The translations under genes were made by a program, and so were the position numbers. This document shows positions 38,701 through 48,136 of a DNA stretch of 64,000 nucleotides, piece by piece; position 1 is the stretch's first letter, and each line of letters starts with the position of its first letter. This DNA is from an uncultured Candidatus Saccharibacteria bacterium (GTDB lineage Bacteria > Patescibacteriota > Saccharimonadia > Saccharimonadales > CAIOMD01). The stretch is from assembly GCA_963716565.1 (NCBI GenBank), contig OY970318.1:385934-449933 (forward strand), in the 5' to 3' direction. The notes under the pieces were generated by a model. It searched no databases, was not told the DNA's origin, and saw only the letters and a list, made by a program, of their open reading frames with translations.

Positions 38701-41699
38701 GCATGCCAATCAGTAGACGCTGAATAATTGGCATAAAACTGGCTACTCCAGACTCCGCCAACTGAAGCGTACAGACCCAGTACCCCTGGCAGCGCAGCGG
38801 CATTGGCTACAGCAGACTTCCATTGCACGTCCCCAAAGCCACAATTTATGCTGCCCTGTAAACAAACTGTGCCGGTTTCACTGGGCAAAGTAACCGTATA
38901 ATTACTGGCTGAGGTGTTAGCCGTAGCAATAGTAGTAACGCCAGTAGATGTACCTTTCATAGCTAGCATGGAGTTGTCGAAGGTCTTTAGAGCCGTAACG
39001 CTTTGGGCAGTACCTAGTAGCATGTCCCCTACACTCCAGCTGCGGTTAGCACTCAAGTCATAGCTGGTACCGTTAATACTGAGGGTTCGGGAAGTGGGAA
39101 CACCACCTAGGCCACCTAAAGTGACATCTGGGTTAAGAATATCCCAGCTACTATTATTAAAGTACATTATCTTTTTGGTGTCTTGCTGAATGCGAGTGTC
39201 ACCAAGATAAGAGTTAATAACAGCCGATGTGTTCTTATACTGCGGGTTGCGCCAGTAGAACAAACTAAAGCTTGGCGTGCCTTCTGGGTCATAATCGGTA
39301 TCTATGTAAACGGAATCAGCCCCTCCACCATAAGATTGAGCAGTTTCTGCAGAATTGCCATTTCTGTACCATACAAAATAGTACAACACTCCGTTTGTTA
39401 AGTTTAGGTTATCAAATTGCGCATAATACGTAGCGTCAGCAGTTATATTAACTGTGACATAACTGACACCGGCAAGTCTTGTAGTAGGCGCCCCTGCACT
39501 ACTTTGAAATACATAAACTTTAAAGCTGTCGTTATTCCTAGCCCTAATATAACTTCTGTACGTACCCAGTCCCTGACCCGTTATAGGGTAAGCATTTGCA
39601 CTAGCTACGCCCCATGCATCAACAGCTTCGCCCCAAGCTTTTGAATTAATTATATTTTCTGTATTGGTTGGCAACGCCGCCGCATTAGCTACAGCCGCCT
39701 TCCATTGCACGTCCCCAAAACCACAATTTATGCTGCCCTGCAGACAAACCGTACCAGCTTCACTAGGCAGAGTAATCGTGTAGTTGCTAGCTGATGTATT
39801 GGCGGTAGCAATAGTAGTAACGCCAGTGGAAGTACCTTTCATGGCTAACATGGAGCTGTCGAAGGTCTTTAGAGCCGTAACGCTTTGGGCAGTACCCAGT
39901 AGCATGTCCCCTACGCTCCAGCTGCGGTTAGCACTCAAGTCATAACTGGTACCGTTGATGCTGAGGGTTCGGGAGGTGGGAACACTACTGTCACCAGGGC
40001 AGGTTCCCCAACTAGGCGCGGCTCCAGTAGTGCCAATTAGACATTGGCCAGTCGCACCAGCGGCTGTAGCTTGGATAGCGCTAGTAGTGTTACCGTACAG
40101 AACGCCGTATTGAGCGAAGGTAGCGGCACCAGTACCACCGTTAACTACGTCTACGGTAGCTACGGTACCAATTACTCCAGCCGCCGTGTTAGTGACTATG
40201 CCAGCAGTAGATAGGTTGTTAACCGTTAGGCTACTAGCCGTTAGGCCACCATTGAAGGCGGAAGCTGTAGAAGTATTAGCCCCTCTACCAGTAACGTCAG
40301 CTAGGTCGTCGGCTTCGGCAGTCAGGTAGCTGCCAGCTGGTTGTTTGTTATTGAAGATATTCCAATCGGTGTCGCTTAAAGCACCAGTGGTAGCAGCCGA
40401 AGCTAGAGCTAAGCTGAGTTGTTGGGTGCTTAAGCCCAGTCCGTTAGCGGTACCTAGGGTGACGGCACTATGTAAGTCGCTAGTTAAAGCTACTACGCCA
40501 GTAGCGGCTGGTAGGGTTAGAGTGTAGTTGTTAGCTGAGGTGTTAGCCGTAGCAATAGTAGTAACGCCAGTGGAAGTACCTTTCATGGCTAACATAGAGT
40601 TGTCGAAGGTCTTGAGAGCGGTAACGCTTTGGGCAGTACCAAGTAGCATATCCCCTACACTCCAGCTGCGGTTAGCACTCAAGTCATAGCTGGTACCGTT
40701 AATACTGAGGGTTCGGGAAGTGGGAACACCACCTAGGCCACCAAGTGAAAGGGCTGACCAACTAGGAATGTTAGTGTTAATACCATCGCCTATGGAAGTT
40801 AGAACGTAAGTATCGGTGGTAGTGTTGCCGCCTAATCTAGTTGGTGTGCCAGCTAGGCCGCCGTAGATGAGGTCGCCCAGGGTGGACATAGGGTTGGTCA
40901 TGCCGCCACCGCCAGCCAAAGCAAAGTCGCTAGCTTCATGGCCGTCTAGCAAATCAGCATTAAGATTAGTGACTTTGTAGTTAGAATCTACCCCGAATGG
41001 AGCTGATGAACCAGTGGCACCACCATTGAAAGCCGGGATGCCAGTGACGACTTCGTTCTGGTTGAGGTTGAAGTAGTTAGCCTTGGCTGTTGACCAACTG
41101 GGATCGGTTTCGTTAGTTAGAAAGCCCGATACATTGACGGTTGGGATATTGATGTCTGGGATATTGATGACGTCACCACTGTTGCCGGCTGTAACGATCA
41201 TCTGGTATTCATCGCCATCGTAGAAGTACAGCTGGTTGGTTTGGTTGTCGACGTAGATTTGGCCAATGACAGGGTTAGCTGGAGCTTCACTGGGAGTGAC
41301 TACTACTGAGCCGTTAACTCGAAGATTACCATTGATGTCTAGTTGGCTGATTTGGCCTAGGGCGGTGGCGAGGTCGGTATTTAATCTACTCAATGATAGC
41401 GATGCTAAAGTATAGGCTTCATCATTGTTGGTATTCTGAGGCTCATAACTATTATCCATTCGATTAATAGTTATAGCTAGAAGAATAATTAACAGGCCGC
41501 CTAGCAAACTAGAAACGACAACAAAGAATCCAGGTTTACGAATTTTGGGGCGATAACCAAAAAAGGACTTTAGTGGAGTGGGCGTTGCCGGCGTAAGAAC
41601 TGAGCTGTTTTCTAGCACACTGGGCTGGGGCACAACAATGCCGTCTGACATGGGACTGATGGTTGGTGGAGTTGGGGCTGGTAGGGTGTCTGGGTTCAT
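35772..41699 (-). CDS. giant fibre protein G1 (1975 aa): N-terminal TM anchor, tail-fibre-like repeats, Kelch beta-propeller, S74 chaperone domain, unique C-terminal tail
   Basis: Pro/Thr-rich N-terminus (MNPDTLPAPTPPTISPMSDGIVVPQPSVLENS) followed by one TM helix (FFVVVSSLLGGLLIILLAITI). Tail-fibre motifs IYVDNQTNQLYFYDG and NADLLDGHEASDFA. Three ~250-aa repeats (..VPTSRTLSINGTSYDLSANRSWSVGDMLLGTAQSVTALKTFDNSMLAMKG..TLPAATG..). Six Kelch-type blades (..AVVYNNKMYVFGG..). Then SDERLKKDITTYGDALNQILGLRTVSYHM..HVGFIAQEYEQLFPDLV. Confidence 0.8.
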   Translation of the reverse strand: MNPDTLPAPTPPTISPMSDGIVVPQPSVLENSSVLTPATPTPLKSFFGYRPKIRKPGFFVVVSSLLGGLLIILLAITINRMDNSYEPQNTNNDEAYTLASLSLSRLNTDLATALGQISQLDINGNLRVNGSVVVTPSEAPANPVIGQIYVDNQTNQLYFYDGDEYQMIVTAGNSGDVINIPDINIPTVNVSGFLTNETDPSWSTAKANYFNLNQNEVVTGIPAFNGGATGSSAPFGVDSNYKVTNLNADLLDGHEASDFALAGGGGMTNPMSTLGDLIYGGLAGTPTRLGGNTTTDTYVLTSIGDGINTNIPSWSALSLGGLGGVPTSRTLSINGTSYDLSANRSWSVGDMLLGTAQSVTALKTFDNSMLAMKGTSTGVTTIATANTSANNYTLTLPAATGVVALTSDLHSAVTLGTANGLGLSTQQLSLALASAATTGALSDTDWNIFNNKQPAGSYLTAEADDLADVTGRGANTSTASAFNGGLTASSLTVNNLSTAGIVTNTAAGVIGTVATVDVVNGGTGAATFAQYGVLYGNTTSAIQATAAGATGQCLIGTTGAAPSWGTCPGDSSVPTSRTLSINGTSYDLSANRSWSVGDMLLGTAQSVTALKTFDSSMLAMKGTSTGVTTIATANTSASNYTITLPSEAGTVCLQGSINCGFGDVQWKAAVANAAALPTNTENIINSKAWGEAVDAWGVASANAYPITGQGLGTYRSYIRARNNDSFKVYVFQSSAGAPTTRLAGVSYVTVNITADATYYAQFDNLNLTNGVLYYFVWYRNGNSAETAQSYGGGADSVYIDTDYDPEGTPSFSLFYWRNPQYKNTSAVINSYLGDTRIQQDTKKIMYFNNSSWDILNPDVTLGGLGGVPTSRTLSINGTSYDLSANRSWSVGDMLLGTAQSVTALKTFDNSMLAMKGTSTGVTTIATANTSASNYTVTLPSETGTVCLQGSINCGFGDVQWKSAVANAAALPGVLGLYASVGGVWSSQFYANYSASTDWHAEDITGNGMGIYQFWQSRSNTNASSTTLRGYIYTNNGGVPGTLVATSDSTVTPGPNAGDAYYYSFSNANLTQSTTYWLVTAYISGDRIFLERASSSGGNAKYGTDGLSWSNAGGYGIPTDCYFTGTSSNAIGDVRVQKDTKKLMYWDGSIWASINPDVTASNGLTATAPNVKLGGTLSENTTITQGNYNMVYNVSGTGYFDVQHDAASVLRVADGGNVGIGDTSPDQKLEVMNTGTALTQLTVSNTNAGDYDSQIGFELTDGTNLFTMGIDDSDSDKFKISTTGLGTGDRLVIDSSGNVGIGTAMPGYALDVAGNAIHTAAKLNADAGASLNSTSTNNPLVVNKNVTYDVTATWSSGTSDTSYARYAHSAVVYNNKMYVFGGINGGSYLDTLRVYDFATGSWSAGTADTGNIRGYHSAVVYNNKMYVYGGGNGSIALDTMRIYDFATGSWSAGTADTGNGRLQHSAVVYNNKMYVFGGFDGSALDTMRIYDFATGSWSAGTADTGITRYRHAAVVYGDKMYVYDGNYDGSLRIYNFTTDAWSAGASDGTYGRYAHSAAVYNNNMYVFGGYSSGVFGTVRIYNFAANTWSSGVTDGSYTRYYHAAVVYNNNMYVYGGIYSGALDVLRIYDFGIRQNILAVQENNISSFSFQTGQILNLDQGKMAIMAGNVGISNTSPGYLLHVGSASVADGTAVARFENAGGTCTVTPNTAGGITCTSDERLKKDITTYGDALNQILGLRTVSYHMLADAETDTLHVGFIAQEYEQLFPDLVYTDAQGIKSISYAGLTPYLATAIQQQQQTIEELSSRVATLSSNLQYNSDLNLTTITGNLTVTGNVQVANLSVSSDLQLAAKVNTRQAITKKFYASKPIAAGSVVVIDNTRDGYITTTEAEGDTKVIGVIVEEAFAEGDEVGVAIGGNVQVQVDRFTTVAGGDMIIAGNQEGIATVSVTPSAGSLLGKATSTKDANNLVWILITLQ
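36264..36554 (-). other. peptidase S74 intramolecular-chaperone autoproteolysis domain (variant A) of G1
   Basis: S-x4-K dyad (SDERLK) followed by the conserved HVGFIAQE...FPELV-type block and a QQQQQ coiled segment. Confidence 0.6.
36790..37650 (-). other. six-bladed Kelch-type beta-propeller in G1
   Basis: Six tandem ~48-aa units, each Y(A/R)RY.H(S/A)AVVY(N/G)(N/D)KMYV(F/Y)GG....LR(I/V)Y(D/N)F(A/T)T..WS(A/S)G. Confidence 0.6.
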
Positions 41700-41723
41700 A
41701 TTTTTATTGTTTTATGTTTTACA

Positions 41724-44700
41724 TTATTCAAAAACAAAGTAATTAAATTTATACACTGCCTGCTCTAGCGGAGATTGTTTTAGGTAAATGAAGAACTTAT
41801 CTTGAGTAGCGTCTGCGGAATAACGCAAACCAGCTGCTTCTGCATTGCTAGGAGTTAGGATTACTTTTGGATTCTTATTGAATTGCTTATTAAATACCAA
41901 TTCTGCAAATGCCTCATTAACCGCCGTACCCTCCCCCGTTGTAACGGTAATCGTTCCGCCTGTATCATTGCCCATCACTTCAGTTATAGCTCCCTCTCCA
42001 GCGGCGATACCTGGAGTAACGGTTGGCGTATCACCAGCCGAGATAATGTGACCGTTTACAGTAATATTGCCCACACTTAGATTGTCTTTAACTACTACTG
42101 AGCCTTCAAAGATAGCTTGGTCGGTAACGGTTAGACTAGCTACGTTAACTGTATTAACTTGTAAGTGATTTAGCTCAACATCACCGGAGGCGCTTAATAA
42201 GCTCTGAACCGTGGCTAGACCTTCTGATACTAATGATATTTCGGTATTTAAATCATCTATCTGACTAGTGTTTACAGCAATTTCTGCCTGTTGTTCTTGG
42301 ATGCCCTTAATAACTATCGGAATAAGACCTTCATACTTGATGTTATTTATCTCTCCATTTTTCCAGCCGACTATTTCTGGGAATAGTTCGTTTACTTCTT
42401 CGGCAATTAGTCCGTAGTCGTGTATCCCGCCATCGGCAGCCAAAGTATTGCTAGACGCCTTCCAGTCAAAACTGACCGGTCTTAACTGATCTATGGCCGA
42501 CAAGGCACTATCTAGATTTTGAACGTTTTCTTTGTACTTGATAGACGACAACGAGCAACTGGCGCCACGGGTTATTTCGTAGTTAGTGGTTTCCCAGCAC
42601 ATGTAATAACCACTCGAGCCACTGGGTAGATAGTCCATGAAGTAGTGAGGGTCAGGACTTCCCGAGTCAAATTCCATCATCGGGGTGGCAAGATCCTCTG
42701 GGAATATACTAAATAACGTGCCACCCTTCCATAGCTGGAATGAATGATTGCCGGTTCCGGCCGGGCCGAATTGCATTTGGGCATTAGTGTCATCAATAAA
42801 TATACTGCCCTGAGTACTAAGCCCAGCAGTGGCAGACAGATAGCCATAAATTGTTGCAGGGCCATTAACTACCAGATAGTCATTCATGGTTGCAGTACCA
42901 TTAACGACCAAGTCGTTGCCTACGGTTGTGGTGGTTTCGCCAACGGTGAGAAGTGGGGTGCCAAAAGCATCTACTACTTCTAGAACACCTTTAACGCGTA
43001 AAGCATTACTTGAATAATCACCTATGATTGTTGATGCAAATTCAGCTGATGGGTCGCTAGTTGCAGCAGCAGGACCGCCAGCGATAGCCGTGGGGTCACT
43101 AGTGCTAGCTGAAGGACTACTAGTACTAGCCGAGGGATCGCTGACGGTGGCAGTTGGGCTGCCACAATAAAGACCACAGCCAACGATATCGCCTTGAGAA
43201 TCGAGCTTAGCTAAGAAGATATTGTAGTTATAGTTGTTGTCAAAACTATCAGTGCCACCCGTAATTGCATAACCACCATCGGCAGTTTGAATTATATAAT
43301 AAGTCGTTTCGTATCCGCCGCCGCCAAAGGTTGTATCCCAAGAAAGATTGCCACTGCCATCAAACTTAGCTATATAGGAGTCGCCGCTAGTATTATAAGT
43401 AACACCCGTAACGGCAAATCCAAACGCGCCGCCACCATCATCAGTCTGCGTCAAAGAGTACCCTTCATCATAGTCTCCGATTCCTCCGTCCCAAGTTTTA
43501 TCCCAAGAAATGTTACCACTGCCGTCGAACTTGGCTATAAACATATCTCCATCGCTATCTTCTAATTCGGTATAGCCAGTTATGGCGTAGCCGCCATCAG
43601 CAGCCTGAACGACTTGATACCCATAATCGAATCCAGAACCTCCCCAGATGGTACTCCAAGAAAGATTGCCACTACCATCGAACTTGGCTATGTAGGCTTC
43701 TTCATCACCGCTGCCATAACTATCGGTTTCGCCAGTTATGGCATAGCCACTATCAGCAGTCTGGATTATTGAGGCGCTATCATCATATTCGGTACCGCCC
43801 CAAATTAGGTCCCAAGAAAGATTGCCACCACCATCGTATTTAGCAATGAATGCATCACAATTTACACTATAACTGCAAGTATCGCCAGTGAGTGCATATC
43901 CGCCGTCAGCGGTTTGAACTATCGAATCACCACCATCATACTCGGTACCACCCCAAAGTACATCCCAAGAAAGATTGCCGCTGCTGTCGTATTTAGCAAC
44001 GAACGCATCATAATAACCACTGCCGTAACTTCTGGTATAACCACTTACTACGTAACCACCGTCAGCAGTTTGAACTATTGATTGACCAATATCGCTGTTT
44101 GCTCCGCCCCAAGTCTTAGCCCAAGATAAATTAAGATCACTGTCATATTTAAGTATGACCATGTCTTCGCTACCGCTGCCATAGCTGCTGGTGTAACCAG
44201 TTACTGCATAGCCACCGTCAGCAGTTTGTACCACAGTATGACCATAATCGGCATCATAACTATTGTAATCCCCCCACACCACCACACTACTCATATAACT
44301 ATCAAAGGAATCTTCGTTAGTAACAGTTACTTGCATATTAGTAGTGTCGGCGTTTAGTAGGCCAACGTTAGAGCTGTTCTGGACAACAAAGGCCGAGTTG
44401 GCATCGGACTCAACTGTAGCATTGCCATTTACAAAGGTGTCTTGGTTGAGGTTTATCTGGGTAGCGTTGGTAGTACCAATGTTTAGAGCGGCAGCCGTAT
44501 TGGCGTCTAGCAGCGGAGTTAACAAGCTGGTGCCCAGTATGCCGGTGCCAGATATGTTCATGTGGCCAACTTGTTGGGTGCCGGGAGTGCTCGCTTGCAG
44601 CTCAACATTGCTACCACCACCAGCTCCCTCTAACAAATCCTTATTAATAGTCCCGTTATAAAAGTACAGGTTGGTGCCATTCCACCATAAATCACCACTA

Positions 44701-47700
44701 TTAGGAGCAGCTGGGTTAACACCGCCAGCTGAAGCCGTCACGTTTAATGAAGCCTCTGATGTAGTAGCGGCAGCCACTTGCAAACGAGCCGTTGGGGCAG
44801 CTATTCCTACTCCCACATAACCATTGTTCAATATAGTCATAGCCGTAGTCGCACCGGCGTCGCCGACTTTGAATTGTAAGTTGGCGTTAGTCAGGGTGTT
44901 GCCGCCAGACGTAGTACCTTGTAGAACTAAAGTACCGTTAGCAGCTGTTGAACCGTAGACGGTTGGCGTGGTAGTAGAAGTAGCAAAGACTGGGTTGGCT
45001 ACAGTGCTAATCGTTACGGTGTCAGTAGCTCCGGCTACGGTAGTGATGTTAGTACCTTGAGCTATGGTAATAGTGTCAGTGTCGGTAATAGATTGGGGGG
45101 TACCACTGCTACCGGCTAGGGTTAAGGAAGTTATACCACCGCCGGCGCCAAGGCATGAGCCCCAGCTAGGAGCCGCACTAGTATTGCTGACTAGGCATTG
45201 GCCAGTAGTGCCGGCAGCCGTAGCAGCAACTGCGCTGGTACCGTTACCGTAAAGTACGCCATATTGAGTTAAGGTGGTTGCACCAGTACCGCCCAAACTA
45301 ACACCAACCGTGCTAGTTGTGCCCAGTACACCAGCAGCTGTATTAGTGACTATGCCGGCAGTGTTAAGGGCAGAAAATGTTATTGTTCCAGAACTAGTAA
45401 TGCCAGCAGCTGCAGCAATTTGACCGCTAGTATTTACCTGGAATAAATCGCCGCTACCAACAGTTAGTAAGGCCAAAGGCGAAGCGTCGCCGATGCCCAC
45501 ATTGCCACTGCTGTCTACAACTAGCCTGTCATTAGTTCCCAAACCCGTAGTAGAAATCTTAAATTTATCACTGTCACTATCATCTACGCCGACAGTAAAT
45601 AAATTGGTGCCATCCGCTAGTTCAAAGCCAATCTGAGCATCATAGTCGCCAGCATTAGTATTAGACACCGTAATCTGGGTATTGGCCGCCGTGGCACTCA
45701 TAACTTCTAGTTTTTGGTCGGGCGAAGAATCGCCGATGCCAACATTGCCGCTGGTGCCTATTATCGTCATCCTTTGGGCTATTCCGCTCTCTACTATTGA
45801 GAAACTAGCCCCGCTCGGAGCTGATTCATAGTGCCACTTATTGGCTCCGTTTTCGGCGAAATATTGCATGGCGTACCAGCCTAATGGAGTATCAATTGTA
45901 AAGGCCGCATTTGCCCCAACCGCCGACACCTCTAGCTGGGTGGCCGGTGCCGCCGTCCCTACTCCTACATAACCATTGTTTAGGATGGTCATAGCCGTAG
46001 TGACGCCAGCGTTACCGACTTTGAATTGTAGGTTGGCGTTGGTTAGGGTGTTACCGCCAGACGTAGTACCTTGTAGAACTAAAGTACCGTTAGCAGCTGT
46101 TGAACCGTAAACGGTTGGGGTAGTTGTGGATGTGGCGAAAGTTGGGTTGTCGACAGTGCTAATCGTTACAGTGTCAGTAGCTCCAGCTACGGTAGTGATG
46201 TTAGTACCTTGAGCTATGGTAATAGTGTCAGTGTCGGTAATAGATTGGGGGGTGCCACTGCTACCGGCTAGGGTTAAGGAGTTCATGCCACTGCCACCTA
46301 CTCCACAAGCTCCCCAACTAGGCGCGGCTCCAGTAGTGCCAATTAGACATTGGCCAGTCGCACCAGCGGCTGTAGCTTGGATAGCGCTAGTAGTGTTACC
46401 GTACAGAACGCCGTATTGAGTGAAGGTAGCGGCACCAGTACCACCGTTGGATACATCTACAGTAGCCACTGTACCAATGACCCCAGCTGCGGTGTTAGTG
46501 ACTATCCCAGCAGTAGATAGGCCATTGACGGTTAGGCTACTAGCCGTTAAGCCGCCATTGAAAGCGGAAGCTGTAGAAGTATTAGCCCCTCTACCAGTAA
46601 CGTCAGCTAGGTCGTCGGCTTCGGCAGTCAGGTAGCTGCCAGCTGGTTGTTTGTTATTGAAGATATTCCAATCGGTGTCGCTTAAAGCACCAGTGGTAGC
46701 AGCCGAAGCTAGAGCTAAGCTGAGTTGTTGGGTGCTTAAGCCCAGTCCGTTAGCGGTACCTAGGGTGACGGCACTATGTAAGTCGCTAGTTAAAGCTACT
46801 ACGCCAGTAGCGGCTGGTAGGGTTAGAGCGTAGTTGTTAGCTGAGGTGTTAGCGGTAGCAATAGTAGTAACGCCAGTGGAAGTACCTTTCATGGCTAACA
46901 TAGAGTTGTCGAAGGTCTTGAGAGCGGTAACGCTTTGGGCAGTACCAAGTAGCATATCCCCTACACTCCAGCTGCGGTTAGCACTCAAGTCATAGCTGGT
47001 ACCGTTAATACTGAGGGTTCGGGAAGTGGGAACACCACCTAGGCCACCAAGTGAAAGGGCTGACCAACTAGGAATGTTAGTGTTAATACCATCGCCTATG
47101 GAAGTTAGAACGTAAGTATCGGTGGTAGTGTTGCCGCCTAGTCTAGTTGGTGTGCCAGCTAGGCCGCCGTAGATGAGGTCGCCCAGGGTGGACATAGGGT
47201 TAAACATACTAGCTCCGCCAGCACAGGCTCCCCAAGTGGGAGTGGCGTTAGAACCAGACAACAAACATAGTCCAGCTGTGCCAGTACCGGCTAGTACCTG
47301 CATTTGGGTAGCGTTAGTCCAAACAATACCGCCATTGCTAGCTGTTAGGTTGGCGTTAGTACCGCCATTAGCCAGTGGAACAGTAGCTACCGTACCCAGT
47401 ACACCGGCAGCGGTGTTAGTAACTATGCCGGCGGTAAACAGGTTGTTGACGGTTAGGCTAGTAGTAGTTAGGCCACTAGTGAATGATGGGTTGCCAGTAA
47501 CAGTTTCATTCTGGTTGAGATTGAAGTAGTTATTGCTGGCAGCCGACCAAATAGGATCGGTTTCGGCAGTTAGATAGCCAGACAGGTTGATGTTTGGGAC
47601 ATCAATTACATCACCGCTATTGCCAGTTGTAACGATCATTTGGTATTCATCGCCATCGTAGAAGTACAGCTGGTTGGTTTGGTTGTCGACGTAGATTTGG

Positions 47701-48134
47701 CCAATGCTAGGACTGGTTGGAGCATCGCCGGGAGTGATTACGACTGAACCATTGACCTGGAGGTGGCCGTTAATGTCTAGTCGGCTAATTTGGCCAAGCA
47801 AGGAGTTAAGGTCAATACCAGAACCGTCAAGCGACAAAGACACCAGGGTGTAGGTATCGCCTTGAGCTGTATCCCCTGTTGGGGGCTTTCGTAACTGGCT
47901 GAATATGGCAACTAGAATGATGATTAACAAACAGGTCAGCAAACCATAAACCATCATCCAGGTTCGGCGCTTTTTAGATTGGTAGCCGGGATAAGGTTGT
48001 GATGGGGCTGGTGTTACTGGTGCTACTGGGGAGGTGGTGCTGTTTTCTAGCACGCTGGGCTGGGGCACAACAATGCCGTCTGACATGGGGCTGATGGTTG
48101 GTGGAGTTGGGGTTGGCGTAATGTCTGGGTTCAT
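41724..48134 (-). CDS. giant fibre protein G2 (2136 aa): TM anchor, tail-fibre-like repeats, 7-blade SBBP beta-propeller, S74 chaperone domain (variant B), C-terminal beta module
   Basis: Starts 24 nt upstream of G1. N-terminal ~660 aa are identical to G3. An internal ~1.15-kb duplication (..ITSLTLAGSSGTPQSITDTDTITIAQGTNITTVAGATDTVTISTV..) is present. Seven YDxxGNLSWxxxWGG / QTADGGYAxTG blades. SSIKYKENVQNLDSALSAIDQLRPVSFDWK..YGLIAEEVNELFPEIV. Confidence 0.8.
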   Translation of the reverse strand: MNPDITPTPTPPTISPMSDGIVVPQPSVLENSTTSPVAPVTPAPSQPYPGYQSKKRRTWMMVYGLLTCLLIIILVAIFSQLRKPPTGDTAQGDTYTLVSLSLDGSGIDLNSLLGQISRLDINGHLQVNGSVVITPGDAPTSPSIGQIYVDNQTNQLYFYDGDEYQMIVTTGNSGDVIDVPNINLSGYLTAETDPIWSAASNNYFNLNQNETVTGNPSFTSGLTTTSLTVNNLFTAGIVTNTAAGVLGTVATVPLANGGTNANLTASNGGIVWTNATQMQVLAGTGTAGLCLLSGSNATPTWGACAGGASMFNPMSTLGDLIYGGLAGTPTRLGGNTTTDTYVLTSIGDGINTNIPSWSALSLGGLGGVPTSRTLSINGTSYDLSANRSWSVGDMLLGTAQSVTALKTFDNSMLAMKGTSTGVTTIATANTSANNYALTLPAATGVVALTSDLHSAVTLGTANGLGLSTQQLSLALASAATTGALSDTDWNIFNNKQPAGSYLTAEADDLADVTGRGANTSTASAFNGGLTASSLTVNGLSTAGIVTNTAAGVIGTVATVDVSNGGTGAATFTQYGVLYGNTTSAIQATAAGATGQCLIGTTGAAPSWGACGVGGSGMNSLTLAGSSGTPQSITDTDTITIAQGTNITTVAGATDTVTISTVDNPTFATSTTTPTVYGSTAANGTLVLQGTTSGGNTLTNANLQFKVGNAGVTTAMTILNNGYVGVGTAAPATQLEVSAVGANAAFTIDTPLGWYAMQYFAENGANKWHYESAPSGASFSIVESGIAQRMTIIGTSGNVGIGDSSPDQKLEVMSATAANTQITVSNTNAGDYDAQIGFELADGTNLFTVGVDDSDSDKFKISTTGLGTNDRLVVDSSGNVGIGDASPLALLTVGSGDLFQVNTSGQIAAAAGITSSGTITFSALNTAGIVTNTAAGVLGTTSTVGVSLGGTGATTLTQYGVLYGNGTSAVAATAAGTTGQCLVSNTSAAPSWGSCLGAGGGITSLTLAGSSGTPQSITDTDTITIAQGTNITTVAGATDTVTISTVANPVFATSTTTPTVYGSTAANGTLVLQGTTSGGNTLTNANLQFKVGDAGATTAMTILNNGYVGVGIAAPTARLQVAAATTSEASLNVTASAGGVNPAAPNSGDLWWNGTNLYFYNGTINKDLLEGAGGGSNVELQASTPGTQQVGHMNISGTGILGTSLLTPLLDANTAAALNIGTTNATQINLNQDTFVNGNATVESDANSAFVVQNSSNVGLLNADTTNMQVTVTNEDSFDSYMSSVVVWGDYNSYDADYGHTVVQTADGGYAVTGYTSSYGSGSEDMVILKYDSDLNLSWAKTWGGANSDIGQSIVQTADGGYVVSGYTRSYGSGYYDAFVAKYDSSGNLSWDVLWGGTEYDGGDSIVQTADGGYALTGDTCSYSVNCDAFIAKYDGGGNLSWDLIWGGTEYDDSASIIQTADSGYAITGETDSYGSGDEEAYIAKFDGSGNLSWSTIWGGSGFDYGYQVVQAADGGYAITGYTELEDSDGDMFIAKFDGSGNISWDKTWDGGIGDYDEGYSLTQTDDGGGAFGFAVTGVTYNTSGDSYIAKFDGSGNLSWDTTFGGGGYETTYYIIQTADGGYAITGGTDSFDNNYNYNIFLAKLDSQGDIVGCGLYCGSPTATVSDPSASTSSPSASTSDPTAIAGGPAAATSDPSAEFASTIIGDYSSNALRVKGVLEVVDAFGTPLLTVGETTTTVGNDLVVNGTATMNDYLVVNGPATIYGYLSATAGLSTQGSIFIDDTNAQMQFGPAGTGNHSFQLWKGGTLFSIFPEDLATPMMEFDSGSPDPHYFMDYLPSGSSGYYMCWETTNYEITRGASCSLSSIKYKENVQNLDSALSAIDQLRPVSFDWKASSNTLAADGGIHDYGLIAEEVNELFPEIVGWKNGEINNIKYEGLIPIVIKGIQEQQAEIAVNTSQIDDLNTEISLVSEGLATVQSLLSASGDVELNHLQVNTVNVASLTVTDQAIFEGSVVVKDNLSVGNITVNGHIISAGDTPTVTPGIAAGEGAITEVMGNDTGGTITVTTGEGTAVNEAFAELVFNKQFNKNPKVILTPSNAEAAGLRYSADATQDKFFIYLKQSPLEQAVYKFNYFVFE
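42250..42548 (-). other. peptidase S74 intramolecular-chaperone domain (variant B) of G2; the equivalent in G3 is at ~49087-49385
   Basis: SSIKYK (S-x4-K) followed by ..DYGLIAEEVNELFPEIVGWKNGEINNIKYEGLIPIVIKGIQEQQAEIA. Confidence 0.6.
43165..44270 (-). other. seven-bladed SBBP-type (PF06739-like) beta-propeller of G2
   Basis: Repeats of ..GxSIVQTADGGYAITGYTxSYGSG..DAFIAKYDGSGNLSWDxxWGG.. ending in GDIVGCGLYCGS. Confidence 0.6.
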
Positions 48135-48136
48135 GC

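Noticed and set aside
40345-40527. Identical 60-aa ORF (MLLKIFQSVSLKAPVVAAEARAKLS...) recurring four times (40345, 46651, 53632, 60581)
   Set aside because: It is antisense to the tail-fibre repeat region of each giant gene. It is useful only as a marker of the shared ~180-bp identical block, not as a gene.
47173-47529. Numerous 60-125-aa plus-strand ORFs inside the giant genes (e.g. 44344-44661, 45064-45252, 46216-46419, 47173-47529, 52039-52398, 54154-54510, 57764-58138, 59498-59842, 61295-61621)
   Set aside because: They are antisense to continuous 6-7-kb ORFs in Gly/Ala/Thr/Val-rich, G+C-rich coding sequence that naturally lacks stops on the opposite strand. Their identical copies only reflect the duplicated blocks.
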